From NCBI GenBank assembly GCA_028534125.1, contig CM052817.1, positions 67,768,001-67,832,000 on the forward strand: a stretch of DNA of 64,000 nucleotides. Direction: 5' to 3'. Position numbers and translations under genes: made by a program. The DNA is from Lama glama. Taxonomy: Eukaryota. This document shows positions 12,340-25,100 of this stretch, piece by piece. The notes beneath the pieces were generated by a model, which was not told the DNA's origin, did not search any database, and saw only the letters and a program-made list of their open reading frames with translations. Within the stretch, counting starts at the first letter, position 1. Each line of letters begins with the position of its first letter.

Positions 12340-12960
12340 ACTTTCCCTACGGCCTCATAATCTCTCTCCGCGAGGCACTCTGTAGCCAAGCAGTAAGCTT
12401 ACGTGACGAACGGGGTGTGTAAAGAGACCCGGAGACCAGTCCAGGGAAGGGAAATCCCTCCCCTTTTGTCCTCAGTTCAACTCCCAAGATCCCCAGCCTC
12501 CCCGTGTGAGTCACACTGCAATTGCCCACGATACGCATCTGCCCGGATGCCCTCTGCTTCAGCGGGGAATTTCAAGCTCCCGCCTGCCTGTAATAAGGGG
12601 GAAAATCAGCGCAGCAATGTGACCGGATGCTGAAAAGCTGGCAGCCAGAGAAAACAGTAGTGCATTTGGCTAATTTCCTTTCGCAGGGCTTTTTACTGTA
12701 AAGAAAATTGGCCTCCATGGAGTAAGAGAAATTCAACTTTTGCCTCCCTTTCTTGAATCTGATCTCTTTGTTTCCATTTTAATAGGTCGTGGGAAGTTTC
12801 CTGTGAATATGTAAACAAGCTTTGTGTTTATTTTAATCACTTTTTCCTCCTGTTTCCAGGCTCCGGACAACACCCCTGGCCCTCACTTGAATCCTGGTGG
12901 TTAGAGTAGAACACAACCGAGTTGTAACCCAAGTCTGTCCTTCTGTAAGAGGAAGTGGTG
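12340..12960. promoter_or_regulatory. Candidate distal enhancer (locally CpG-rich motif cluster)
   Basis: About 16 CpG in 12340-12690; GGGAAATCCC 12449-12458, TGAGTCA 12507-12513, TGTAAACA 12810-12817, AAGAGGAAGTG 12947-12957; no repeat recognised. Confidence 0.5.
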
Positions 12961-13789
12961 AGATCAGTAAAAGGATGGCATTTCCTAAAGCAGCTGAACC
13001 TCCCATTAACAGGCTCAAGAACTAACTCCTCAACAAAGATTAGAGTAACTAGTCAAATTAATCTTTAAGAAAGAAGCGAAATCTGCGAGGTGACTGATTC
13101 CCAGCTTCTGAATACCCACCTGAAAAGGAATCTCCTCCCTTCTTGTTCATCCTGAACGTGGCACCTCCACTTCACGTCTCAGGGAAGCACAGTCAGTGTT
13201 TCTGCTCCCTCTCATCTGATTCACTAACCCGCCGTGCCCTGGCTTCTGCCCTTACCACCTTACTGAAACTTACAAACACAGTGGTTGAAACGACCTGCGT
13301 ATTGATAAACACAGTGAATATTTTTGAGAACATATTGTATTGGATTTGTCTCTGGTATTTGAAGATGCTGACCAACTTCTCCTTTGAGAAATTCCTCCTC
13401 TTTTGTTTTCCATGCTACCATGCCTTCCTGATTCTCATACATCTCAGATCAATTCCTTTTTTTAAGGCAATTATAAAATTATATAATATTCTTCAAGTAG
13501 AGAATAAAGAGTTAAGGAAACACTTTTTAATTTTTAGATCAGATCACTTCTGTCTTCTTTCCCTAGTCCTCTTGCCCCATCCTCTTAAAAACAGGTTAGT
13601 TCTTTTGTGTTCTCCACCTCTTTGATGATCTCATTTGCTCTTATGTTTTCAGTATCACCTCTGCATAATTTTCACATCTGTGTCGTTAGCCTAGACATCC
13701 TTCCTAAGTCCTTCCATCTTCGCCTTCCCATCTCAACAAGAGCTGTAATTATTGTGAATAATTCTAACTCAGCTCCTGCTTCTGAACTC

Positions 13790-14147
13790 CCACCCCAAGT
13801 GCCTGCTGTGGCATGTCTTCTGTGTTCTGCCCTCAGGGCCTCCTATAAAGCCATAGGAGCTGGCTTGCCCTATTAAGCAAGGGCAGTCCACAATGGGGAA
13901 GTCAGTAGATAAACGCTTGTCTTCCACCCTTCAGATGGCTAATTCCTAGAGGCATTCTTTGTTCTTCTCAAAAGTCCCTTGTTGCCCAGAGCACTGACCT
14001 GAATAAAGCACCTTGCCATGTCTCTTCCTCTGTACCATCTCATTCTTCTTACTTGGCTACTCAGGCTTTGTAGGATCACTTCCCAAATTAACTGCCTGTA
14101 CCCAAGATTTTTATCTCAGCCACTGCTTTTAGGGAAACCCAAAGGCA
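13790..14147 (+). mobile_element. LTR16-like 5' LTR of an ERVL provirus
   Basis: TATAAA 13844, AATAAA 14002, end 'gggaaacccaaaggca', followed immediately by PBS-like tggtgccagga (14150). Confidence 0.7.
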
Positions 14148-15763
14148 TTTGGTGCCAGGAATGGTCCTGGAAAGCAAACCGTCCAAATGAGATTCTTTGG
14201 CTGGACTGTCTCCATTTAGATGACACTAATTATGTAATTACTGATGATAAGCAGGATGGTGATAAGACCCAACATGATGCAGCATTCAGTTACTAAGACC
14301 CCACAGTATGATAAAATGAAAGGAAAAGCATTGCACTGAGTGATACGGGGCGATGGTAATTACAAGGATTATGAAATTGAATGGCTTTTGTTAAATGTCT
14401 TAAAAACCTTGAGAAATTTGAATAGAATATGGAGTAGAAATAAAATACCAGCGTCATGTCAGCTGTCAACTCAGTGCCCACTGTGAATATCATAAAGCTT
14501 CCACAGAAGGGTTCAAACAGACCTTCACTCCCATAATCAGAGGATGGCCTCTGCTGCAAGTCAGGCCAAAGAGCTAAACTTATGAAGAGGTGGGGTGTAC
14601 AATGTTGAGAGCTCTCCTAAGCTGAAGATACAGCCGTAATAGAAAAGTAGTGAAGTCCTGAGTCCTGATATGGAGACATTTGGGTAGACTCATTTAAGAA
14701 GATTGAACTCCCAAGTTCTCCTGGAGTCACCAGATTGGCTGAAGCAGCTCCCTCCCCCTGCGAGAGGAGTAGAATGTCCCTCACCTGAAGACCTTGTAGA
14801 GACCTCACCTGAGCAGATGCCTAGAAAGATGATGTTGCCTCCTCAGGACCCACCATACCCACCCCCGATATAATGCACAAACCAGTCACAATGGGCATGA
14901 CCCAGTATTCACTGAGTAGGGAAATGCAATCCCTGCTCCAAAAGAAAATAGCTTTTTTACAAAAAACACATAATACTAGCTTATATGTATTGGCAAGAAT
15001 TGGAAGGATATGTGTGGGAGTGGATTTTGAGGGTTAAGATGGGGATATAAACCTAAATAGGGGAGATTTATTGACAATGACATACTCGTCCATGACTCAG
15101 GATTTAGTGTCTTGGCGGGAACACCAGAACCGAGTCCTGACACAGAGCTAGGATGTCTTCCTGAAGCTTAGTCACAATTATGGCCTATAAAGGTAAAGAT
15201 AATGGAACTGCCTTGGCAGAGTATTGAAAAAGGATTTGGAAGGCTCCTGAAAAAGGGAAAGAAAACTTACCCTAGCTGTGTTTTGCAGGAGGGCCCAGAG
15301 GATACACCCATTTCTAAGACAATAAAGAATAAACTTTTTTTAAATAAGATTCTGTTATATCTTTGAGAATTTCAGTGCTTCCTCTTCTCTATAAGCTAGG
15401 ATAAATAGTAGGAATTGACACGGTGGTGGAATTAATTTCCATTGTGCCAATGGGGATGGCAGAATTCCAAAAAATCAGAGACCAAGTTGTAGCATTTAAA
15501 AGTCAGAGGCAAGGTAAAAGTGTTTACCATAATGGGCATCAAATCCAAAACAGCAATCAAGGTACCTTGACCATGGTGTTTCTAGGAGTGACACAGATGG
15601 TCATCTGACTACAGACAGAAATCAAGGGCTAATGAGCAAAGAGCTGATGTCAGCCTCCATAGTGGAAAATCACAACTATTCAACGAGCTTTATAGTCAGA
15701 TCCTGTTCTCAAAGAGCCAATCACTGAGAGGGAGAAAGGCCATCCTTAAGAAAGATCCTTAAA

Positions 15764-15884
15764 GAGGCGAGAGTATAGCTCAGTGGTAGAGCACGTGCTT
15801 AGCATGCATGAGGTCCTGGGCTCAATCTTCAGTACCTCCGTTAAAATAAATAAATGAACCTAATTACCCCCCTCCTCAAAAAAA
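15764..15884 (+). mobile_element. tRNA-Ala-derived SINE (Vic-1-like) nested in ERVL
   Basis: SINE head and tail; 16-bp TSD aagaaag(a/g)tcctt(a/g)aa at 15748-15763 and 15885-15900. Confidence 0.92.
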
Positions 15885-16892
15885 AAGAAAGGTCCTTGAA
15901 TATCTCCTTAAGGGATGTTTATCATACATACTGCTGTAATAAACATACTCGGTAAACATCTCACCAATTCATTACCAAAAAACCTGTGCCTATTTACCAG
16001 GGGAAATTGTGCACTAAAGAAGGAGGAGCACTCTGACCTTTCAAGGATTATTAGATGTGCTTCTAGATTAACAAAAATACAGGGAGGCATGAAATGCCCT
16101 TATCCCTGCTACCCTAGTTAGAGCAGGGCTTTTGAAATCAGATGAATCTTGACCAAACATTATCTCACAATTGGTCCACTGACCCATTCTGTTGTTATTT
16201 CCCTTGTCCCTGAGGGTATAATTGGGGTGGATATATTCAGCAGCTAATAAACATTCAGGTGGTTCCCTGAATTGTGCAATGAGTCATTATTATTTGAAAG
16301 GCCAAGAATAAGGTTTTGACACCACCCCTACCCAGCCACAATAACAAATCAGAAGCAATACCACACTCCATATGAAAATGCAAGGTTAATGCTGTAATCA
16401 CAATGTAAAGGACACGAGTATGATGGTCCTCATATCCTGTCTAGTTAACATCATTGTAGCTGATGGCTGATGGCCAGGACATTACCAAACAAGAGCCACA
16501 ATTGTATTTCTATATGAAATGTGACATCTTTACTGGAACTGATCACCACTTGTTGATCAAGTGGTGGTGCTTGGTACGTAGCTATTAATCTGGGGAACGT
16601 GTTTTTTTCATCAGTAACAAGGAGCAAAGCAATGCACGTTTATGTGGAAAGATCAGCAGTACACATTCACTGCCTTATCCCAGGGCTGCATCATTTCTCC
16701 TGTTCTCTGTCAAAGTGTAGTACGTGGGGAAGTGGATCGTATCGACATTCTGCAGAATGTTATGCTGGTCTGCTATATTGATGACATTATGATGAATGGG
16801 AAGTAGTAAGTAGTTGATTGCATAGTAAGACCATCCGTACAGAAAGTCGGAGATAAAAGTTACAGAGATTCAGGGATTCTGATTCTGAATAG

Positions 16893-17300
16893 TGTAATGT
16901 ATCAATTTCTGGTACAGCATAATGTCCCAGTCATGCATATACATACGATATTCATTTTCATAATCTTTTTAATTAAAGGTTATTATAAGCTATTGAATAT
17001 AGTTCCCTGTGCTATACAGAAGAAATTTTTTTATCTATTTTTACATATAGTGGCTAACATTTGCAAATCTCAAACTCCCAAACATATCCCTTCGCACCTC
17101 CTTTCCCCCAGTAACCACAGATTGTTTACTATGTCTGTGAGTCTGTTTTATAGATGAGTTCATTAGTGTCCTCTTTTTTTCTTTCTTTCTTTTTTCTTTT
17201 TTTTTTTTTTAGATTCCACATATGAGTGATATCATATGGTATTTTTCTTTCTCTTTCTGGATTACTTCACTTAGAATGACGATCTCTAAGTCCATCCATT
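16893..17300 (-). mobile_element. L1 3'UTR nested in ERVL pol
   Basis: 'tatagttccctgtgctatacag...agattccacatatgagtgatatcatatggtatttttctttctc'. Confidence 0.88.
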
Positions 17301-17444
17301 GAACCACATATTTTGAAGATATTTAGGGAGCCAATGATATGGCATATGTTGAGACATGTCCTTATGCACTCTGAGATAAAGGACAAGCCTTTGCACCTTG
17401 CAACCCTGTCACTAACAAAAAGTGACAACATCTGATAAGTAAAA

Positions 17445-17746
17445 CAGATGCTCTCAGTGCCTTACACCTTATTCTTTTCCATTTCTGTGCCCGTAGACCT
17501 GACTTCTAATTGTCAGCACTGCAAGTTTGTGCTTGAGAGCTGTCTTAATGGCCACCAGAGGCTGAGGAAGGCCAGAAGTACCAGGTGCCTCCCAAGAGCA
17601 ACCCTCAACTAGTGGCTGATGAGAATCGGTGAGCACTCCCTCAGCCTTTAAGTGGGATAAGTTGTAAGTACTATGTTTCACAGTCTCCAAAAGTTCCCCA
17701 GTGGGCATAAGCTCCAGTTGCCCTCAATGATAACTTACTTGAAAAT
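17445..17746 (+). mobile_element. Second LTR16-like fragment nested in ERVL pol
   Basis: 'gtgcctcccaagagcaaccctcaactag...ctccctcagcctttaagtgggataag...ttccccagtgggcataagctccagttgccc'. Confidence 0.65.
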
Positions 17747-17778
17747 TAATATCACCATCAAGAAAATGAAAAGACAAT

Positions 17779-18285
17779 TGTGATCGTTAATTTTATGTGT
17801 CAACTTGGCTAGGCTGTGGTGCTCTGTTGCTGGTCACACACTGATCTACATGTTGCTGTGAGAGTATTTTTTAGATGAAATTAACATGTAAATCAGTAGA
17901 CTTTGAGTAAAGCAGATTACCCTCCATAATGTAGATGGGTCTTATCCAATCTGTTGAAGGCCTTAAGAGAAAAGACTGAGTTCCCTGGTAAAGGAAGGTA
18001 TTCCACCTCTGCACGGCCTTCATACAACAACATATGGAAGACTGCAGCATCAACTCCTGCCAGAATTTTCAGCCTGCCAACCTGCCCTACAGATTTCAGA
18101 CTTGCCCCCACAGTTGTGTGAACCAATCCCTGAAAATATCTCCTCTCTCTGTCTGCCTGCCTGTCTCTCTCTTTCTCTCTCTCTATAAATGCACACACAT
18201 ATTTACATTATATATATATATGTATGTGTATATATACATACACATATACATATATATGTACACACACATACATATATACATATTG
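17779..18285 (+). mobile_element. MLT2B-like LTR ending in a (TA/CA)n tract
   Basis: Start tgtgatcgttaattttatgtgtcaacttggctagg; 'aatcagtagactttgagtaaagcagattaccctccataatgt'; microsatellite 18209-18281. Confidence 0.85.
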
Positions 18286-18556
18286 GACCTGTTCACAGTC
18301 AGTTCAATATATTGATGTGAGACAAAAAGGCCTGCACTTCTCTGCAGCTCCACTCATGGACAATAAGAAAGGGAAATGCTGTTTGGCAGAGCTTTGATCA
18401 GTATACTTTATTGCCCCCTTTTTATGGAGGGAGAAGTGGCCTGAGTAGGGGTATATAGACACTCCTGTGCAGTGGATTACTCTCACCAAGAAGTAACAGT
18501 AGGATTGATCCCTCACCATCACTGCCAATAATGTGCTTGCAAAAGTTATGCTCTTA

Positions 18557-19363
18557 CTGGAGAGGCTGTGGAGAAAAGGGAACCCTCCTACACTGCTGGT
18601 GAGAATGCAGTTTGGTGCAGCCACTGTGGAAAACAGTTTGGAGATTTCTCAAAAGACTAGGAATAGACTTACCATAGGACCCAGGAATTCCACTCCTGGG
18701 CATATATCCAGAAGGAACCCTACTTCAAAAAGACACCTGCACCCCAATGTTCATAGCAGCACTATTTACAATAGCCAAGACATGGAAACAGCCTAAATGT
18801 CCACCAACAGATGACTGGATAAAGAAGAAGTGGTATATTTATACAATGGAATACTATTCAGCCATAAAAATGACAACATAACGCCATTTTTAGCAACAGG
18901 AATGTCCCTGGAGAATGTCATTCTAAGCAAAGTAAGCCAGAAAAAGAAAGAAAAATACCATATGAGATTGCTCATATGTGGAATCTAAAGAGGAAGGAAG
19001 GGAGGGAGGGAGGGAGGAAGGGAGGAAGGGAGGGTGGAAGGAAGGAGACAAATGACCATAAATACAAAACAAATAGACTCATAGACCTAGAATACAAACT
19101 TGTGGTTGCCGGGGGGAGGAGTGTGGGAAGGGACAGACTGGGAGTTTGAAATTTGTAGATACTGACAGGCATATGTAGAATAGATAAACAAGATTATACT
19201 GTATAGCACAGGGAAATATATACAAGATCTTGTGGTAGCTCACAGTGAAAAAGAATGGGACAATAAATCTATGTATGTTCATGTATAACTGAAAAATTGT
19301 GCTCTACACTGGAAATTGACACAACTTTGCAAACTGATTATAACTTAGTTAAAAAAAAAACAA
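18557..19363 (+). mobile_element. 5'-truncated L1 (ORF2 C-terminus plus 3'UTR)
   Basis: Translates [30 protein letters not shown] (ORF2 Cys-rich motif with stop); 16-bp TSD aaaa(g/c)ttatgctctta at 18541-18556 and 19364-19379; GGA-rich expansion 18989-19047. Confidence 0.95.
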
Positions 19364-20429
19364 AAAACTTATGCTCTTATACCCTGTAGTCTAAGGCTCT
19401 GTTGGATGTGAGGTCTGAATTCTGAAAGGGGTGGTGATATTAGGGAATTCTTCCACCAGGAAATAGTGTAAGTATTCCACTGAACTAGAAACTATAGTTC
19501 CTTATGTCAGTGGACCAACTGGCAAAGAAGATACTCTACTGACAGGAATATTCAAATCTGATTCCCTTGAGGTCTTACAGTTGGTACAAAATAGAGATAA
19601 AGAAGACTGTGTCTTCAACTTGGAGTCTCATAGTATACTGTAGTGTTTCCATGCTTGGTGATAACAGTTAACTGGCAGTTGGGGCCATCACAGCCTCTCA
19701 CAAGGGCAAAGTAACCAAGCATTCAGGTTCCTTGATCCAACCAGGAAAGCAGCCTCAACCAGCTTAAGTGTTAGCCAAGGATTACAAAAATCTAGCACCA
19801 GAGGTGGAAGAGGCAGAAGATGAAAGTCAATTTCAGTCTGCCACTGAAACAACAGAGACTGTAGCTTGTACTACTAATTCACCTGAGCATCTGCCCTCCC
19901 AGTACCTTCTCTAACACAACAGGAAGCCCAGAGCTGACAGAACTGCAGTGCAGTTCACACTTGTGGAGGCTTCCTTCACCTCCACTCATCCAAGCAATTC
20001 TCACGCCCAGTTGACTCTACTTCCCAAGAATCTGTTGGCTCTGTCATTTGAACTGTGTCTCATCTGGGCCCCCTGACTGCAGCCTTTCTAATTCCAAACC
20101 TTTTTCTCTGATGTCAAGACAGGCTTTTAGAAAGCAGGTTATGTCTCTGCTCTTTCAATGGCTTCATACCACCTACAAATTAAGGACTAAGTTCCTTAGT
20201 CAGATATATAAAGCCCTGGATGGTCTTTCTATGCCTAATTCTCTAGCCTTACTTCCAGTCTTTTTTCTTTTTTCTTTTTTTTTTTCTTTTTTTTACCCCT
20301 AAGCCACTTCACTCTCTAGAAACATTAAGTAGCTTAAACTTCCAAATATCCTGTAATGGTTCTGGAAATCATATCCTAAGTTGTCTCTGGGCAGCTACCC
20401 CCTCTCCCTTTCCCAGGCTAAGTGCTCAC

Positions 20430-20830
20430 AATTAGGCCATAGTTATTGTCCCAGGAATGGGCACTACCCAGTCAAACCCAGGGATCATGATAAGATTTAG
20501 TTTTTCTGGAATCCTGGGAAAGAAACTCTCAAGCTTTCCTATTATGCACAAACCCAGAAATTACATAACCGCTGGTTCTACTGGCAGCCATCTAGAGACC
20601 AGATGGGATAACCCTAAGAATAAAGCCAACACAGAAAAAAAAAGCAAAGTAAATGATGGAGAGAAAAGAACTGGGTACTGATGACCTCATCTGAGACTGT
20701 ACAGCCGAACCAGGAGCCAGGTCTACCCCAGGCTGTTCATGTGTATGAACCAAGGTCTTCCATTTTTAGCTTAACTTAGTTTGATTCAAATTTTCTGTTA
20801 TTGGCCATTAAATGTGTCCAAAGTGATATA
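20430..20830 (+). mobile_element. MaLR MLT1-type LTR remnant
   Basis: 'ggcagccatct...aataaagccaacacag...ttttctgttattggccattaaatgtgtccaaagtgatata'. Confidence 0.65.
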
Positions 20831-21144
20831 CATATACTGCCTCACACCTCCATGCACTTGTGCATAGAATTCCTTCAATTTAAAATGCCTTATTTATATA
20901 CCATGGTTAAATGCTACCTTCTCTTAGAAGTCTTTCCTCATTACCCAGAATGTGTTCATCACCTCGATCACTGTGTTCTCTCTGCACATGAATATGCTGC
21001 TATTGAATTTATCCCCATATACTATATGTACAGTTAATATGTAGGTATCTCCCACTAGACTATTAATTCTCTTTGCTTCTTAAAAGGGAATGTGTTGGTT
21101 TTTTTTCAACTAGCCCAGTGACAGGCACATAGTAAACACTTGCA

Positions 21145-22165
21145 GTTATATACTGCTGCATGGCAAAACTTTCCCAGTCTCAGTAGCTTAAAGCAACAAA
21201 GATTCATAATTTCTCTTTATTCTGTGGTTTCATTGGATAATTCTTCTGCTTCATGTAATGTTGTCTTGGGCACAAAGGCAAGTGGAAGATACCAAATGGC
21301 TTCCTTCACATGACCATCAGCCTACAACCAGGAACTCCACTGGTGCTTTCAGCCCGAGCACTTGGTTCTCCTTCACATGGGCCTCTCTATGGGGCTACCT
21401 GAGCTTCCTCACAACATGGTGGCTGGGTTCCAAGCAACAAAAGTAGCTGATGAAGTTTTTTTTATTGTATTTATTAAGCTGTAGTTGATTTGCAATATTC
21501 TGTTAAGTTTCAGATGTGCAGTTTTAGATTCTTTTCTATTATAGGTTATTATAAGATATCAAATATAGTTCCACATTCTATACAGTAAATCCTTGTTATC
21601 TGTTTTATATATAGTAGTGTGTAGCTGTTAATCCCAAAATTCCTAATTTCTCCCACCCCCTTTCCCCTTTGGTAACCATGAGTTTGCCTTCTATGCCTGT
21701 GAGTCTATTTCTGTTTTGTAAATAAGTTCATTTGTATAAGTTTTTTAGATTCCACATATAAGTGATACGTAGTATTTGTCTTTCTCTGCCTGACTTTCTT
21801 CATTTAGTATGATAATCTCTAGGCCCATTCATGTTGCTGCAAATGGCAATATTTCATTTTTTATGGCTGAGTAATATTCTATTGTAAGTATATTTACTAC
21901 ATCTTCTTTATGCAGTCATCTGTTGATGGACATTTAGGTTACTTCCATGTCTTGGCTGTTGTAAATAATAGCAACTGAAGATATTTTAAAGCTCAGCCTC
22001 ACAAGTTACACAGCATCACTTCTGTCAATATTGTTGAACAAAACTGCCACAGGCCAACCAAGATTCAAGGGGAAGAGAAACAAACTCCACCTCTTGATGG
22101 ATAAATAGCAAGATTATATTGCAAAAGAGCCTGTAAAGTAGGAAATATTGCTGCAGCCATCTCTA
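21145..22165 (-). mobile_element. MaLR MLT1-type LTR split by an L1
   Basis: 'cagtagcttaaagcaacaa...cttcctcacaacatggtggctggg' resumes after the L1 as 'acagcatcacttctg...ctccacctcttgatgg'. Confidence 0.7.
21456..21970 (-). mobile_element. 5'-truncated L1 3' end
   Basis: T-rich start; 'ttagattccacatataagtgata...catctgttgatggacatttaggtt'. Confidence 0.9.
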
Positions 22166-25100
22166 AAAACAAAATAAAACAATCCCCTGCAGCACTTAAT
22201 AATTTCTGAATGAATGAGTGAATGAGAAAATGAATGAATAAAGTATTGTCACCCTTTATTTCCATCACTCATCTCATTCACCACTTTTGTATTTAGGGTT
22301 TTATGCTGTCACCTATCCTCTTGTTGGAATACTCATCTATTCTTTTAATAAGAGCTTCTAAAATTTTCAGCTAATAAAATCAGGATTTAGGTCAGTTCAA
22401 AATTATTTTTCTCTAATATTCTCTTAGTGGGAAAAAACCCTCTTTTAAGTCTTTGTTGCAGGAATGCATTTTGTGTGTTGGGGGGTATGTATTTGCTTAC
22501 TCGATATTTTCAACAGACCTTGGAATGCTTTAATATTCTAACTCAAATTTTAAACTCCCAAGTTTTAAGACCCATGTCTAGTTTTATCACTCTATATAAT
22601 ACACAGTACAATAATATTTAATAAATGTGAGAAGATGATAATTTGGCTTGTAGCCAGATTCTTGAATCTTTAATAAGGTAAAGGAGTTTGTTACCCTGCA
22701 TCCAAGTCTATGCTACAAAACTCCATGAAGAGTGCAGAAATGACTACTAAGCATGAACTGATGCTGTATTTTTTCATGTACTATAATAAAACAGATACAG
22801 TGAAAATATTCAATTTGTGAGGCTATATGAATATTGCTGACGTCCCCACAAACCCCTTCTACCCAACGAGCTTCTTTTAAGACCAGATGGCCTTGGTTCA
22901 TTTAGTCATTTCCTGAGGACAGATCTCCATGGTTTGTCCTTTTCAGTACACTTCCTCTTATTCCCTTTTTTTCTTATTTATTGGAGTTTGAGATGACTTT
23001 TCTTTTGACTTAAATGTTCCAAGACCTCACCACACCTTGTTTGCTGTATATCTTTATAAATTGCCCCGCTTGTGTTTTCGCCATAGTCTCTTCCCACACT
23101 AGCTTCTACTTTAGTTCTTCTATTCCTTTTGTTTCTCCTAGTTTTACTTCATAAACCAAGCCCTAAGCATAATAACAAATTATCTGTTTTCGACATCCTT
23201 GAATCAGAAACATTAGCAACGATATGAATCATCACTTGCCCTGGAACCACCAAACCAGGCCCAATTCTTATGGCTAAATCTGTGGATACAGCTACTTGGA
23301 GATTGGCAGATAGAGCTTTGTAATATCTGTGGTTAGGTTCTGTGCATCATAGAAATTCTTATCAACTACAGTCTGAGAGTTGAGTTTTAAGTCCCAGGTT
23401 TATTTGAATCTTAAGTTACTGAGAACTCTGAAGGCAGAAAACCAGAGGAAGAACAGCTTTTTATAGTAGCCCAGGATGATGGTTCTCATGACAACAGCCC
23501 TTTGTGTACCATGTGTAGTTGTCCAGGAAGCATGTTTCAAGCATAAACTGGAATTTATTTTCTAAATACCCGAAATGGCCCATCTATCCTTCATGCATCC
23601 TAGTAGGTGAGCTTGTATAAATAATCAGGGAAATGGCACTAGTCCTCTGCCTTAGAAATTTTACAGCATCTTATGGAATATAAGGAACAAGGACTTATTT
23701 TCTGTTTTAGGCCCCTGTTCTACAGGCTGACACACATAATCTGTGTTTAATCTTTACTCCCACTTGAGACATTAAACAAGGTAATAATGGTTGAGGCTGA
23801 ATATGGACTTCTTGATGCTGCCTGAAAGCTGGCCAGAGGCTGACGCCACCTCCTTCTCTTCATCTACTAGCCACTGGATGATAAAATACCTGGTATTAAC
23901 TAGCTAATAATTAAAAGGAAGGCCAGAACAAAGACATAAACTTGCTAAATCTAAAAAAAATGGAAGGACACCAGGAAACAAACTGAAGTTACTGACACCA
24001 GGGAATATGCCGTCTCACCATCAGGATGCCCGCAGAGTTGCTTCCCATTCCTGGGAGCACCATGGGGAAGTCAGCGCTGGCCCCAGCAGAGCTGGGGAGT
24101 AGTGACAGGTTAAGAAGTGTCTAGGGAGATCTGAATGGCCAAGAGAGCTTTTGGAACTTTCTCTGGGAATTTTTAAAAAATTAAAACAATGAATCTCTTC
24201 ATTAAATTATAAGTAGTTGGAAATTTTACTTTAAGAAAATCCATAAATATGAAATTTTGTCAATTGATCCAAAGGGAGATATTAAGTCAAATGCCAGGAG
24301 TGAGAAACATAATTCCTTAGGCCTGAGCCAAGAGTAAGGAAAACAAGCCTTGTGCTTTTAAATTACCCTCCAGAGGCCCAAAAAGACACAGCGTCTCTGT
24401 CCCCAAAACTTCTGAACTTGATGGAGAACGACATATTACCTGTCTTTCATAAACACAGAGAAGAGAGTTTTACAAATACTCAGATCAGAAACACAATGTG
24501 TTCCGAAATGCATTTGTAAATCAGTTGATTGGAGTTAGAACACATTTTTTTCACTAATCCATAGTTCAGGTTCTCAGAAAAATCAAAAAAATTCTACTTA
24601 AAGTCCTGCAGTTGAAAACCTGGGTTATCCAAATGTTGACTAATACAACCCAAGCTCTTTGAGTCCTCAGCTACAGTAAACACCAAAGGTGGGGGCCGGA
24701 GGGAGAGCAGCTCCCACAGAAGCCCGGGAAGATAGTTCCCATGACAACAAATATATTGATATACGTGCCATTCATAAGTCAAGAATTGTCAAGATGTGCA
24801 GCAGAATATTTCCGCTGTTCAAACCCAAAGGTGACATATATCAACCTCAGATTTTTTCAATTTCATTTTCAAATAAAAAAGTGTTTTTCATTTCATTTTA
24901 AATAAAACTGCTTCTCATTCAGAGTTTTCATTCACTTTTTCTATCTCAATCTTTATTTTCCTTTCTAAAACTAAAATATAGAGCTTTTATTCTGGCAGTA
25001 ATTTTCCTCCATGTTCCAGAGACCCTCTTGGTAAGACCTCTGATATAACGCATGTCACCCTTTCAACATAAGGAACCATTGGCCTTTGTCTTCCTCTTCC

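Larger units (their letters stand above)
14148..19870 (+). mobile_element. Decayed ERVL internal region (ERV3-16A3-like): gag, RT, RNase H and dUTPase-like remnants
   Basis: MYWQELEGYVWEWILRV at 14985-15035 (ERVL gag); FMWKDQQYTFTALSQG...LVCYIDDIM from 16639 (YIDD 16774-16785); RNase H-like 18290-18480; dUTPase-like 19390-19620; many stops and frameshifts. Confidence 0.88.

Noticed and set aside
13143..13625. 160-aa hydrophobic ORF
   Set aside because: TTG start, T-rich composition, no recognisable protein family or splice structure
16639..16806. Open RT stretch with YIDD as a possible domesticated gene
   Set aside because: Only ~55 codons, bounded by frameshifts and stops and followed by an L1 insertion
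18533..18796. 87-aa ORF resembling entries often annotated as hypothetical proteins
   Set aside because: Alternative frame of the L1 ORF2 C-terminus; the true frame has a stop
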